NCBI RefSeq assembly: GCF_009914755.1
Contig: NC_060929.1
DNA length: 64,000 nt
Strand: one strand, 5' to 3'
Source of the DNA: the human T2T-CHM13v2.0 reference genome, Homo sapiens
Below the pieces are notes generated by a model, which saw only the letters and a list, made by a program, of their open reading frames with translations, was not told the origin of the DNA and did not search any database. How positions within the stretch are numbered: position 1 is the first letter of the stretch; every line of letters begins with the position of its first letter. A program made the translations under genes and the position numbers. This document shows, piece after piece, positions 46,129-60,900 of the stretch.

Positions 46129-48514
46129 GAATAAATGAATAAATGAATCAAGGAGTTATCACATATTGTTAAGCAAAAAAGTAGATTATAAAAGATTAAA
46201 ATTAGTGTGATTCCCTTTTTGTAAAAAACCCCAAACAACTGTGCATATGTAATGTGTGTGTATGTATATGTATTCACAAAAATGTTAACAATTATTAGCT
46301 CAGAATGATGAAATCATGGATGAATTTTACTTACTTTTGCTTTATTTTGTTAATCTGTAATTTCTTATTTTTCCATAGTTAATTACATTACTTGAACAAT
46401 AAGAAAAATACAGTTTGGTTTCTACCAAAGAAAGAACATTGACTGTGGCATCAGAAAGAGCAGGGTTTGAACACTAGTTGTATCTCTCACATTTTAATCT
46501 TCTGAGATAATTGTCTTGCTGGTAAATGCGGAAATAATACTTCACAGGCTTGCTCCTTTTCTCCTGTTTAGTTTAAATACAACTATATACATATATACAC
46601 ACACATATCACTGCAATAGAAAAAAAAACTGAATAAATTTATTTTACAAATATCTTTAATGTGTGAGAAAAGTATATTTATTTACAGGGTAAGAAGATTG
46701 ATGACGATGTGTGAGGATTCTGAAGGGGATCGCTAGGCATTTTCAAAGACTGGATAAGTTAGCCTCCCACTTATCCCTATTTCACCTAAAAACTGATTTA
46801 ACAATGATTTGTTTTTTTGCCAGGCATTGAGCTAAGTAAAAGAACAAATGAAGAAACAAATTTAAAAACTCAATCTCTATCCTCAAAGAAGTCTAATTAA
46901 TAAGTGGAGAATGACACAAACAACAAGTCATAATGCAATGTATTAAATACTATCATAGACATATTCACAAAATATTATGGGAACAAAGAGGAGGAACTGA
47001 GTTTCTTACTAGTATCCTATAGCATAATACTATGCTCATGTTATTATAATTTGATCTCTTCTTTGGTTCTAAAATAGATTGGTGAAGCACCTTTCTAACC
47101 ATAAACAGGAAAGAGGAGAAAAAAAGTAATGAATATGAATGTACAGAAGGTGCCTAAAGTAGAATCACAGTGCTGTGAGCAGTAACAAGCAGAAGAACTT
47201 AAAGGATAAGCTATGTACAAAATCTCCCTGAAGGCAGGAAGGCAGGTGGTGGAGTGAAGTTGAGTCAGCCTCCATCCTGTTACCATCAGATGGTTCTCAA
47301 ATGCCTGGCTGGCATCTGGACTGGGAGAACAGCAGATGAAAGGACCCAGAGTGGGAGGAAAATGAATCAGTATGCGATCAGCAAATTGTACCTTGGATTG
47401 GGATAGGATTCTTATAATTTAAAAATGTGCCTATATTCAATAACTGCAACTATTTAGAGTAATGGTAGCCTACTGTATTATCAGGAAGTGGTTAAAGAGT
47501 AAACATGTTCTGGAGGCAGGGAGATACTTGGGATACAGAAATGAGCGTGCTGAGTAAGAACACAATTGCTTCAGAATGTGCAATTCAACGCTGAATACAG
47601 GGTTCCAAATGCAGTTAACATCAACTAAAGAATTTAGCGAAAGGGTGTAGCAGAGTGTAAGTTGGAATTAAATATGGGTCCTTGGTCTGATAGAGAACAT
47701 TTCAAGCAAGTTCGTTGTTTATATCTGACTTAGAAGGCAATGAGAAACCATACAAGATACGATACTGCTTTCTTCACATTTTCAAAAATATCTATTTTGA
47801 TCAAAAGGAGTTAGGAAGAACCTGCATGGTGGACTATAACAGATAATAATGGAAGGACTATTCGGACCAAAAATAGTTACCAGTTTCATTGTCCTACTAT
47901 GTGGAGGGGACAGAGCTGAGAGAAGGGGAAGAGAATAAGGCATTGAGTGGCGTTCTACTACTGGTGTGTGCCAAATACCAATTTCAGCATAAGGACTCAA
48001 CCCGGAAGGAGCCAGCTGGAGTCCTTATGCTATTCCCGAGGCCTGAAACACGAGTCTAGCTGGTTCGGCCTCATCTGTCAGGTCACAGCTGCAATATTAC
48101 TTCCTCAGGGAAGCCCTTTCTTTCTTCCTCTTCTCCATCTCCACCCCCTTCCCAAAAGGGCCTCCCGCTATAAGCTCTCAAAGTTGTAATTACATGTGTC
48201 TTGTAGTTAACTATTTAGAGTCTGTCTCCACGTCCAGGCTCCAACCAACCTCTCATCCTCAAATGTCTTCACAAGGTCGGTGATCTTGGCAGTTTTACTG
48301 ACCAAAGAGTGGGGGCTCATCTCCAGCACCTTGCAGTATTGACAGGAAAGTCACTGAGTAGCAAATGAATGCATGAATGAGCTCGTGTTGTTAATATTGC
48401 CAGGCCCACAGGAAGCACCCAACAAAGAGCAATGATTGGTGTTCGCGTTCATTATCTCATTTAATTCTTACAAAACCACGGCAAGGATTCAACCCCACAA
48501 CTGCTGTCTAGAAA

Positions 48515-49110
48515 ACCGAGGAAAGTGACGCAACCCGCGGGAGGTCTGACGGCCCGAGAGCCGCAGCGCCAGGCCCGGGAGCCAGCCCCGTCCACTTCCC
48601 CGGTGGATTCTTCTCCGTTCCCCGCCGGCCGCCCCAGGTGAAGCTCCTTTCCGCCGTCAGAAGGAGGCTCCCAGCGGGAAGCAGCATCGAGGGCGACCCA
48701 GGGCCAGCACGGGAAATGCCAGGGACCGCGTCAGCCGAGCCTGCTGGAACCCCGCTCCTCGCTGCAGACGCCGTTCCGCCTGAGGACAGTACTCGGGCAT
48801 GGGGAGTCAGGTGCCCGCCACAGGAACGCAAGAGACCGCGCCGGACCAGCGAAAAAGCTCCATGCTCTCCTGGTTTTCCAACCCGACGCCGCGGCCTGCG
48901 GCCACTCTAGGACGCCGGAGGGTCCTCCTCTCAGTGGTTGGGGCTGGGCCGCCCTGCGCCGGGAGCCGCCCACCTTCGGGCTGGGCCGGGCCTGGCCAGA
49001 GTCTGGGCTAAGCGCAGGGCCTGCATGAATCTTCAGCCTGGGAGGTGGGGCAGGAGCACGGAGAAGTCTCGAAGAAGTGGAGGAAGCACGCACTGGCTGC
49101 CGCGGGAAAA
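48515..49110. promoter_or_regulatory. CpG island, probable promoter or enhancer
   Basis: About 55 CpGs in ~590 bp (hand count), GC-rich and non-Alu, in a CpG-depleted window. E2F-type GCGGGAAA at 49102-49109, ETS-like ccacttcc, CRE-like gtgacgca; GC box ccccgccccc at 49351-49360. Confidence 0.88.
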
Positions 49111-50714
49111 GCTCAGCCAGCAACTGTATCAGCTTTACATTCGACCCTCCTTTGCTGCATGGCAAAAAGAAAATAAACTACCATTTCTTAGTTCGTGTTT
49201 TATTTTCAGCTATTTCTTGTTTCCTTGGTTTCGATTCTAATTATTGCTGTAGACGCCTTCAGGTGGTGGAAGCCAAGGCAAGGAACCCCTGACCGCAATT
49301 TCCTAACCTTTGGGCAGAGTGTGGGGTGTGGGGACTCCCCGCCTGCCTTTCCCCGCCCCCCCTTCATAGAGACCTAAAAACCTTTAAAAAGGATCTAACA
49401 CTAGCTCTATTATCTACCCTGTAGCCTACTCAACTAATTAATTCAGACATTTATAATTACACACCAAAAAAAAAAGAGAGAGAGAAAAAAAGTTAAACCG
49501 TTGGAACTACAAACATTAAACATGAGCAGTTCTTAGGGCCAAAATCTCTGAATGTGACTGCGACAGATCGCACTTGAAACGCCTGTATGAGGTAAACGGA
49601 AATGGCCAGAGAAAATGAACTGACGGGTATGTGTATTTCCAAATGTACTACTATCAGCTAAAAAAGAAACTTCAATGATTAGGTTTATTGAGGTGACATG
49701 CAATAATTCTTAAATGTTCTGCAATTAGAAGTTTCTACGTCATGAAGGCAGTTTAGAAGATTACAGCAAAATGGTGAAGCATGACTTCTTCATATGCTTA
49801 TTCTTCATTCAAAAGCCGTTTGCAGGTTCCCCAGCTTAAAAAGAAGCCTAATTTCACTTATTTTGAAGAGTACTCTGATAAATATGAATACCGAAATCAA
49901 ATGTTGCTTTGTGTTTAGACAGTTATAGATAGAAAATTCTCGCATGGGCCAGCAAAGAGGTATGGGTAATTTAAGAAGAAAAAAAAAAAAGTTGATGCCC
50001 CTGGCTGGTGAAAAACCCCAAGGAATTCAGTTTCAGCTGGAAATTTTAGAGCTATTTCGCAATACTTATTAACGAGCTTATTGTATTATTCATTTTAGAA
50101 ATCTGATTTGGCAATCTTTTATTCGTAGTGGCTCCCTCTAATAACGTCCTCATTTTATCGCTATGTGCATAATGATGTTCTTTAGTATATCCAAGAGAGT
50201 TTTTGATGTTGGAATTTGCAATGACTCAAGTTTCACTCCAGCAGCTTGAAAGAGTGATAATGAGGTGCTCTCCTTTTTTTGTATCTATACTCCCCTTCCA
50301 GGCATATAATTTCATTTGAAAGTTGATATTGTTCTTCTAGATTTTCTATTCAGTAACGAAATGGAAAGCAATGATTGTTCCCCTAAGAACAACTAAGTTT
50401 TCTAAAAGCTATCATAAGGACTTTGTAGCAAACTCTGAAGGTATCATTTGGGAATTTTAACACAATATGCTTGAAAACCAGATAAAAGGGAAGGTTCTAA
50501 ATTAAAATGTGTGGATGAAAATCTATAATCTGGCACTAAATCAGTAGTGATATAGTGGGTGGCAAATAGAATTGCAGGAAGAAAGTGAAGATCTGGTTGC
50601 CTGGAGCTTGTAAGATTCAACCCTAGTTCAACACAGCTCTGTACTTGGACCACAAAGACAGAAAGAAAAAGGGTGTCTGAAGCTGAGAAGCCCAAGAAGA
50701 ATAAAATACTGAAA

Positions 50715-51325
50715 ATAGTAATAACAGTAAGCAACACTTATACAGTGTTTATTAAATGCCAGCCACCTTGATAGACATTTTACATGCATTATGCCATTTA
50801 ATCCTCACAACCACCTTGTGAACTTGGTGCTGTCATTGCCCTTGTTTTAAAACTAGATTACTAAGACTTAGTTAAGTAATTTCCTCAAGGTCATGTAGCT
50901 GGAAAGTTGTGGAGCAAGTTTTCAAACTTGGGTTTGTCTATCACGCAAGTTATTTTTTACTTTAAAAGATCTGATCTTCTCTACTGTTTTGTCATTTTGC
51001 ATGGATGTTGGTCATCCTTATGTTCACAATCACTCTTCTCCTTCTGAATTAACAGACCTAGCTGGCAAGGCAGCATAGATAATGGTTAAGGAATGTGGCC
51101 ATTGCATTCGATTACCTGGATTCAAATTACGATACCTACACTAAAAAGCTGTGAGACTGTGAATCATGGATTTGACCTCTATCTGCCTCATTTTTTACAT
51201 CTGTAAATAAGGATAATACCAGTGCCAACCCCACAGGTTTTTTATAAGACTTAAATGAGATGGTGTGTGTAAAAGCAGTTGTTATATATCTGAGCATAAA
51301 ATAAGTGCTCACTATATATTCGTTT
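50715..51325. mobile_element. Two MIR relics in opposite orientations
   Basis: catttaatcctcacaaccacc...aaggtcatgtagct, and gcctcattttttacatctgtaaataaggataata. Confidence 0.7.
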
Positions 51326-52393
51326 TTATTAGGAACCAGTAGTGCATATGATACATTCTTTGACAAAAGCCTGTGAAGAAGCAGAAGCCCAGCTGGCATT
51401 TGTTTAGAAGGAAGTGAAACACTGGCCCATAGACCCCTTTGGACCTTTTGAGTCATTCCCCCAGAGTTGAGGAAGAAGAGATGAAGCAAAAGATTATTAG
51501 TGACTAAATGCAATCTATGAATCAGGAAAGTAATTTCTGTGTATTTCATACCATTGATGATGGACTAAGGACTAAAGAGATGTTTCTAAATGTGGGCATT
51601 GATTATCATTATTAAATAGGCAGCAAAAGCTCAGACTTACTCTGCAAGGAAAAGGATTTATAAAGAATGCCTTGGCTTCTTTATAATCAAAGCTTGCTTA
51701 TAAGAGTTTTGGGTAGGTCTTTCTCACACAGATAATCTTCACAGTCATTATTGCTTCATCATGGTTTTGAAGCCTAGTACATGAACATCCAGAGTCAGAA
51801 AACAGATACATGTGGATGTGACTAGTCAGTTTATTTTAAAAAGAATTTACAAAAAGATTTCTTCAAATCTGTTATTTTTAACCTTTTTGGCATTTGGAGT
51901 CTACTAGGAATCAAAAGAGTGCTGTTGAAATAACAATAGCTAATGTTTATTAAACTCTTACCATTCTAAACCCTTTATACATATTAGCGTACTTATTTTC
52001 AAGACAAACCTTCAGAGTTGTTTTTATTATTATCCTTATTTTACAGATGAGGAAAGCTGAAGTATACAGGTTATGTGACCTGAGTAGGATTATCCAGGTA
52101 GCAAGTGACTGAGCTACGACTTAATCCAAGCAGGGTTGCTCTAGAGCCAGAACTTTGAGTCTTAACCACTTCCCCCAATAAACTGTGCCTTGTTACATGC
52201 ATCTGTATCATATAGTTGTCCAATTTCCCATACAGTTTTGAGGCACATGGATTCCCTTAAATCCAACTGTAAACTCCATGATAAACTGCTACAAATAGTG
52301 AGTACTTCTAGTACATTTAGTATATCTTAATTATGAAAATATAACTTATAAACAATCTTTTAGAAAAAATTTAATAATCAAAGGGTACTAAAG

Positions 52394-53050
<657 letters not shown>

Positions 53051-53259
53051 GAAAACTCTGTATAGAATCCCCACACTACCTGTCCCATGTTAGTAAGCCA
53101 TAAGCAGCCCTGTGGCTGCTTGTAGCAGAAATCAACGGTAGAGATTAGCACCCATCCCTTGAGAAGTGCTTTTGTGCCACTTCAACTATGTAGTTCCAGT
53201 GGAAGCTGTCATGTTTTTGCATGATTCTGCCAACTGTTGACACTTGACTGATCTCAATT

Positions 53260-53640
53260 CCCCCCTCCCCTCCCCTTCCTTTTCCTTCCCTTCCCTTCCC
53301 TTTTCTTCCCTTCCCTTTTCTTCCCTTTTCTTTGCCCCGTTCCCCTTCCCTTCCTTTTCTTTTCTTTTCTGACAGGGTCTTATTCTGTCACCCAGGCTGG
53401 AGTGACTAGTGATCATAGCTCACTGCAGCTGCGACCTCCCAGGCTCAAGTAGTCCTCTGGCCTCAGCCTCCCGATTAGCTGGGACCATAGGGGTACCCCA
53501 GCACACCCTGCTAATTTTTGTGTTTTTAGTAGAGGCAGGTTTCACCATGTTGCCCAGGCTGGTCATGAACTTTTGGGCTCAAGCAATCCATCCACCTCAG
53601 CCTCCCAAAGTACTGGGATTACAGCTGTGAGGCACAGCGC
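53260..53640 (-). mobile_element. AluJ whose tail has become a ~110 bp polypyrimidine/polypurine tract
   Basis: (CCCTT)/(CTTTT)-like tract at 53260-53368, then gacagggtct...aaagtactgggattacag. Confidence 0.9.
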
Positions 53641-54179
53641 TGAGTCTGATCTTGATATTTGATATATGAGAGAGGAGCCAATCACAGTCCTTCTCTAGAA
53701 TTTTTCAAACTGGAATTGATAAGATTTTTTCCCTCCTCCATAGTAGCATCTATGAATTATGAAACTTGAATACTGTCAGTGCCACATAGAAGAAACTGTT
53801 CTACAGAGTTTGTTAGCATGTTTATGTGTACGTGCCATGTAACAGGAAGAATACGAAAGAGTAAAACTGAGGGATAAGAAAAAAATAGGAGAGAGAGAAA
53901 GTGAGTCATGGCTACCGGCTAGGCCTTGGTTTGGTTGTTTCTGTATCCCTAAGTATCTCGTTCTAGCACTGTGGTTATTCACACTTCTTCCAAATACACG
54001 ACATCTTTCAAATACTTTGCCCTGTTTGCCTAAAGGTGCTTAAGTTGGGTTTCTGATATTTGCCACTAGAAAATTCCTAACAAACACTTTTAAACTCATC
54101 ACACTGAAATTACTTATGTAATTTCAATTATGAAATTATGTATTATGCTGTAATTATAATTACTGTTCTATTATCTTAT

Positions 54180-54775
54180 TGTGATAGGCAGAATTTTAAG
54201 ATGGCCCCCAAGAGACCCCAGGGTGGCACTGTACTTATAATCCCAGCTACTCAGGAGGCTGAGGGAGGAGGATTGCTTAAGCCCAGGAGTTCGAGACCAG
54301 CCTGGGCAACATAGCAAGACCCCCATCTCAAAAAATAAAAAGAAACAAACCACACCACACATGTAAGGCAGCTCCCAAAATTCCTGCCCAATTGACACAC
54401 ACACTTGGTATAATCTCCCCCGCTTGAATATGCACGCAACTTGTGCATATGATGGGATTTCACTCCCATGGTTACATTATCTTGGCAAAGATTCAAAGGC
54501 AGAGAATTGCTTACCTGCTTGCTTTGCAGAAGATGAAGGCCACCATGAGTTCTATAGCTGCATGGGACTAAATTTTGCCAACAGCCTGTGTGAGTATGGA
54601 AGACCTGGAGCTTGAGTGACATCATAGCCTGAGTAGAACCCTTGATGGCAGCCTTGTGAGACTGATGCAGAGGGCCCAACTATGTGTTACCCGAACTGTT
54701 GACCTACAGAAATATGGGATAATAAATGAGTATTATTCTAAGCCACTAAGTTTGTGGTAATATGCTATGCAGCAA
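54180..54775 (+). mobile_element. MLT1E/F-like LTR with a FLAM monomer (~54215-54340)
   Basis: tgtgataggcagaattttaagatggcccc...aagccactaagtttgtggtaatatgctatgcagcaa. Confidence 0.78.
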
Positions 54776-55296
54776 ATATTATATATTCAGGGAAGAAAAA
54801 TAGGACAAGTTTTGTCAAAGAAAATGCATGTTCTTCCATGAACATTAAAACACCAAAAAAAAAGGTACTTCAGCTCCCAAGGTGTAAGCGTTACTGACTG
54901 AATTGTGTCCTCCCAAAATTCATGTATTGAAGCCGAGTGCCTCGGAATGTGGCTGTATTTGGTGACAGGGCTTGTAAAAAGGTGAGTAAATTAAACTGAG
55001 ACTATTGGAGTGGCCTCTAATACACTAAGCCGCTAACATTGTCTGATTTTAGCTTGTATGTGATAAATTTCCTTCAGTGACATGTTATCATCCCTTGACA
55101 TTGTCTCTTGCAAGTATCATGTTACTATGGCTTGGATGCTGGGTCTAATACGTCTGGACACATCTGTTACATTCATTTCTTAATTTTTCTGTTTTGCTTT
55201 GTTTTCATTTGTTTCCAATCTTAAAAGACTATGTTTCTTTTATATTAAAAATATTATTGAGCTGACATTATGAGTATGAATAAATGCCTTGGTATA

Positions 55297-55698
55297 TGTA
55301 TTAGTTAGCTGAGGCTGCTACAACAAAGTAGCACAGACTGGGTGACTTAAATAACAGAAATTTATTTTATCATAGTTCTGGAGACTAGAAGTCCAAGATC
55401 AAGGTGTTGGCAGGATTGGTTTTCTCTGAGGCCTCTGGGCTTGCAGATGGGCACCTTCTCTGTGTCCTCATGTGATCTTTCTTCTGTATGTGAGCATCCC
55501 TAGAGTCTGTGTATCTAAATTTCCTCTTCTTATAAGGAAATCAGTCACATGCTAACTATTTCATTTTAACTTAATCACCTTTTCAAATGTCCTATATCCC
55601 AATATAGTCACATTGTAAGGTAGAGAAATTAGGGCTTCAACATATGAATTGCCGGCCGGGGGAGGGTGGGTGGCGGGGCACAATTTAGCCCATAACAG
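55297..55698 (-). mobile_element. MLT1B-like LTR (another partial + strand copy at ~54890-55020)
   Basis: tgtattagtt...catagttctggagactagaagtccaagatcaaggtgttggcagg...cacaatttagcccataaca. Confidence 0.8.
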
Positions 55699-57417
55699 CA
55701 TAACTTTTTGGGGACGGGGAGCATATTGTAATGCCAAGTTTCCATTCTTTCCAGAACATGCTGTAGAGCCTCTTTCTAAAGATTGCTTAAGAAATACTAT
55801 GTTTTAATTTTATACATTGGACTCCAGAGTTCCCAATGATTATTTATAACTGAATTTTCAATATACCAAAAAGAAAAGGTATCTGAATCTCTTCACCTGC
55901 TAACCAATTGGAGAGAAAGAGCGAGTCAAGTACAGATCCCTTTTCCTAAAGTTTCATTATTTCTTTTAAAGATAGCCTGAGATAATTTATTTTTATTTTT
56001 AATTTTTTAAGACTCTTTAAAATACATTTTTAAAATTCTTCTTTGTTGGAGATTATTTCATTACCACAGATATTTTCACAAATATAATACTGCATTTCTG
56101 GAGGGCAGGGATACTGTATGAGTAATACAACAGGCAGAAAACCTGGGATATATTATGTAATCAATCATTGTTGGATTGAGTTTAATTAAATCTACAATAT
56201 TTTTGGTAAAATTACGTTTATGTATAATAGAATCTATTATTTTCCAATAGCAAGGTAATTATGAAAACATTTCTTAACATATCCTGAGTTCCTTCTCTTC
56301 TCTAGATCCCATTGTTACCATGACAGGAATCACTATTACCTCCTTCTCGAGCACTTCAGCAGCCTCCTGATTTTTCCCCTCTTGCTATCCCACAATTTAT
56401 TTTCCATGCAGCAGCATAAATGATCTTTGTTTAAAAAGTAAAATTGAGCATGTTATTCGCCAGCTTAAAACTGTGCTGCCTTCTCATTGCAGTCAGAATA
56501 TAACACAGAATCTTTCTCTTATCGCATAAAGCCCTGATCAATCATCAGCTTATCTGGCCTGTTTCCTTTCTGGTTGGTTCGTTAGCTCCAGTCATGCTGA
56601 TCTTCTTTCTGTGCCTGGAACATTCTGAATCATTCCCAACTCGTGGACTGTAATCTGTAACTGCTATCTAGAACACTTTGCCCTCAGATCTGCTCTGTCT
56701 TTGCCTTCAAGTCTTATTTCAAGTGTTACCTTCTGAAGAGAGGGCTTCTCTCAGACTCCTCATCTAATGTTAGCAAGGGCCCTCCTTGCACCTGGCAACA
56801 CGCAATCTTTCCCACATTACTTTGCTACATATAATTTAGCGCTGAATTGGCCTTCCTTACTTAATTGTTTAATATCTCTTTCCCTGCTGAAATGGAAAAT
56901 TTACTGCTGATACATGTTAGACATTTAATATTAAAGTGCTACTTAGAAAATGAACAAAGGTACAATGCAATATGAATTTCAAAGTATTTACTTAAAAACA
57001 AAAGCCCATTAAATCCAATTAGAAAGTAATTCTTTCTTGTGTGAATGAAACATAATTCCTAAATAACAATGAAATTATAATGATGGAAAGGGAAGACCTT
57101 TCCATAAGAACATAATTTCTATCTCTCTTATTTGGAGAAAATCTCCCAGGTTAATACTTTATGATGAACTAATTTTTTTTAATATATAGAGTTTAGGGAC
57201 CTTCACTTGTTCAATTTCTTCTCATTGACAATCATGATGTTACAAAGTAGACTATCAATTTCAAGTAAGAACAAATTCAATTGTTTTTCTTGAAAGTGAC
57301 CATAGAAATAAAAGGAAGTAAAAAACAGAGTGAATAAAATAAAGTACATAATATTATATAAAAATATAATCTCAATTTCTTTCTTTTAAACTTAGAATTG
57401 GAAATGCAATCAGATAC

Positions 57418-57805
57418 TTTATTTGTCGATTTTCACACTGCTATAAAGAAATACCTGAGACTGGATAATGTATAAAGAAAAGAGGTTTAATTCACTCACA
57501 GTTCTGCATGGCTGGGGAGGCCTCAGAAAACTTACAGTCATGGTGGAAGGGGAAGCAGCTACGTCTTACCTGGCAGTAGGTGAGAGAGAGAGAGAGTGTA
57601 CGTATGCATATGAGGAACCGTTAAACACTATAAAACCATCAGATCTTGTCAGAACTCACTATCACGAGAACAGCATGAGGGAAACCACCCCCATGAGGGA
57701 AATCACCTCCCAGCAGGTCCCACCCTGGCCTCGTGGGGATTATGGGGACTACAATGCGAAATGAGAATGGTGGGGTCGGCAGGGACACAGAGCCAAAACA
57801 TACCA
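57418..57805 (-). mobile_element. THE1C/D-like solo LTR
   Basis: cacactgctataaagaaatacctgagactgg...gacacagagccaaaacatacca; perfect 5-bp TSD gatac. Confidence 0.9.
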
Positions 57806-57844
57806 GATACAAACTACTGAGATACATATTTTGCCTCCTCCCTC

Positions 57845-58146
57845 TCTTTTTTTTTTTTTTTTTTTTTTGAGACTGAGTCTTGCTCTTTCTCCCAAGCTGG
57901 AGTGCAGTGGCACCATCTTGGCTCACTGCAACCTCTGCCTCCCGGGTTCAAGCAATTCTGGTAGCTGGGATTACAGGCGCCCACCACCACACTTGTCTAA
58001 CGTTTGTATTTTTAGTAGAGACAGGGTTTTGCCATGTTGGCCAAGCTGGTCTCAAACTCCTGACCTCAGGTGACCTCAAGCTGTTCTCAACTCCGCCTCA
58101 GTCTCCCAAATTCTGGGGTTACAGGCGTGAGCCACCACGCCTGGCC
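57845..58146 (-). mobile_element. AluSx-like element with an internal deletion and a small insertion
   Basis: caattctg joins gtagctggg; tgacctca(g/a)g appears twice. Confidence 0.92.
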
Positions 58147-58221
58147 TTGCCTGATCTCTTGTATGAAGCTTTTTCATCAATCCAAATGACAAATTATAGT
58201 TATAAAATATACTTAGCAGTT

Positions 58222-58582
<361 letters not shown>

Positions 58583-58974
58583 TCAACAAAATAAAATTAT
58601 GATTTAGAATTTTTTAAAATGTTTTTTAACTTTATATAACTGTATGCTTAGAGAAATACATATTCACAGATCCACTCAAGACATTATCTACAGTTATAAA
58701 ATACATGTTCCTTTCCAGCCCTGCCCTCATTAGATATGACCTCCCCAGGGCTAAGACATGATGTGAGCAATTTGGGATCTGTAAGATGATGCCATCTGTG
58801 GTACTTATTATTTGTTTTAGTAAAGTTTTATTTCATTCCTGGGTAACACACTGCAGCATATCTAATACATATACAGTGTCTGGCAAATGTATACAGGTTT
58901 TTAGTTACAAAGGGGATTAGAATATTAGGGTATATTTATCAAAGTATATTTCTCTACAGGAAAGTAATAATGAT

Positions 58975-60900
58975 TTACAGATATTTTCTGTGGGTTACTT
59001 TTTCATTCTCTTGACAGTATCTTTCACAGAGCAAAATTTTAAAAATTTGATCAAGTCAAATTTACCGATTTTTTTTCTTTTATGTATTGTGTTTTTGATG
59101 CAGTATTTAAGAACTCTTTCCTTAACTGAAGGTCACAAAGATTTTCTGTGTTTTCTTTTTTAAAGTTTTATCATTTTACATTTTGCATTTAGGTCTCTGT
59201 GATCAATTTTTGAGTTAATTTTTGTATAGGTGAGAGATATGGGTTCTATGTCAGTGTCCAATTGTTCCAGCACTATTTTTTAAAAAGACTGCCCTTCTCC
59301 ACTGAATTATCTTTGCACCTTTGCCAATAATCTACTGACCATATTTGCATGGGTATATTTCTGGATCTTTATTCTGTTCCATTGATCTGGTTGCCTATGT
59401 TTTTACCAATACCTCACTCTCTTGATTACTATGGCTTTATAATGAGTCTTGAAATCATGTTGTTTGAGTCCTTCGAGTTTTCTTTCTTTTCAAAACAACA
59501 ACCAAATTTTTAAAATGGGCAAAAGCTTTGAACAGACATTTCACCAAATAATATATAGTTGATCCTTGAACAACATGGGTTAGAACTGCACAAGTCCACT
59601 TATGGGCAGATTTTTTTTCAACCAAAGGTGAAGTGAGGCTGGGCGTGGTGGCTCACACCTGTAATCCCAGCACTTTGGGAGGCCTAGGTGGGTGGATCAC
59701 TTGAGGTCAGGAGTTCAAGACCAACCTGGTCCACATGGTGAAACCCTGTCTTTATTAAAAATATAAACATTAGGCGGGCGTGGTGGCAGGTGCCTGTAAT
59801 TCCAGCTACTCCGGACGCTGAGGCAAGAGAAGTACTTGCACCCAGGAGGTAGAGGTTGGCAGTGAGCTGAGATTGCGCCACTGCACTCCAGCCTGGGTGA
59901 CAGAGTGAGACTCCCTCTCAAAAAACAAGCAAATAAATAAATAAAACAAAGGTGAACTGAAAATACAGTATTTGCAGATGCATACCTCAAGTATACAGAG
60001 GGCCGATTTCATATAGCAGATTTCTCAGCGCCAACTGAGTGACTTGAGTATGCACAGATTCTGATAAATGTGGGGAGCCTGGAATCAATCTCTGGAATAT
60101 ACAGAGGGATGACTGTACATGGACGGCAGGTAAACACATGCAAAGATTCTTAACAGTATTAGTCGTTAGGGAAATGTAAATTAAAACCCTACAAGATACC
60201 ACTACACACCAATATGAATGGCAAAACAAACAAACTCCAGTACCACCCCAACACCACCAAGGGCTGATGAGACAGAGGAGCAACTGGAACTGTCATATGT
60301 TACTGGTGGAAATGTAAAGTGGTGCAGCCACTTGAGAAAAGTTTACTAGTTATAAAACTGAATATGCACTTACCATGGGTTTGGCAATTTCACTCCTAAG
60401 TATTTGGCCAAGTGAACTGAAAATTTGTGTTCATACAATAAAACTTGTGTGTGAATGTTTATAGCAACTTTATTCATAATTGCCCAAACCTGGAAAACAC
60501 CAAATGTCCCTCAACTGAGATATGGATAAACAAACAATGAAACACTACACTTCGATGAAATGAAAAAAATGACAAATACGATAACAGACAAATCTCAAAT
60601 ACGTTATGGTAAGTGAAAGAAGCCAGGCTTAAAAGGCTGTATACTGTACAATTCCATTTATATGACATTTTGAAAAGGCAAAACAATAGTGATGAAGAAC
60701 AGATCACTGGTTGTCAGGGGTTGTGTGGGGATAGGGTTGACTATGAACGAATAGCATGAGGGAATTTTGTGGGGAGGGGAGTTGGAACTGTTCTGCTTTT
60801 TGATCGTGGTGATAGTTACACAGCTATGCATTGGTCAAAATTCATAGAACTGTACACCAAAAACAGTGAATTTTACTGTATGCAAATTAGAAAATAAATA
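58975..60900 (+). mobile_element. Old L1M (L1ME1/MD-like) 3' end with an inverted 5' segment (58975-59495 on minus strand)
   Basis: An antisense ORF2 piece abuts a sense piece starting aaaatgggcaaaagctttgaacagacatttcacc and ending gaattttactgtatgcaaatta-gaaaataaa. Confidence 0.8.
59556..60115 (-). mobile_element. MER8-like Tigger2 MITE containing an AluSx (59637-59945)
   Basis: agttgatccttgaacaacatggg...agagggatgactg flanked by TA; Alu TSD caaaggtgaa(g/c)tga. Confidence 0.82.

Noticed and set aside
48508-49240. Overlapping 70-144 aa ORFs in the CpG island
   Set aside because: Stop-codon scarcity in GC-rich DNA; open on both strands with no recognisable domain.
48515-49380. Assigning a gene name to the island or locus
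   Set aside because: I do not recognise the sequence; a BLAT search would be required.
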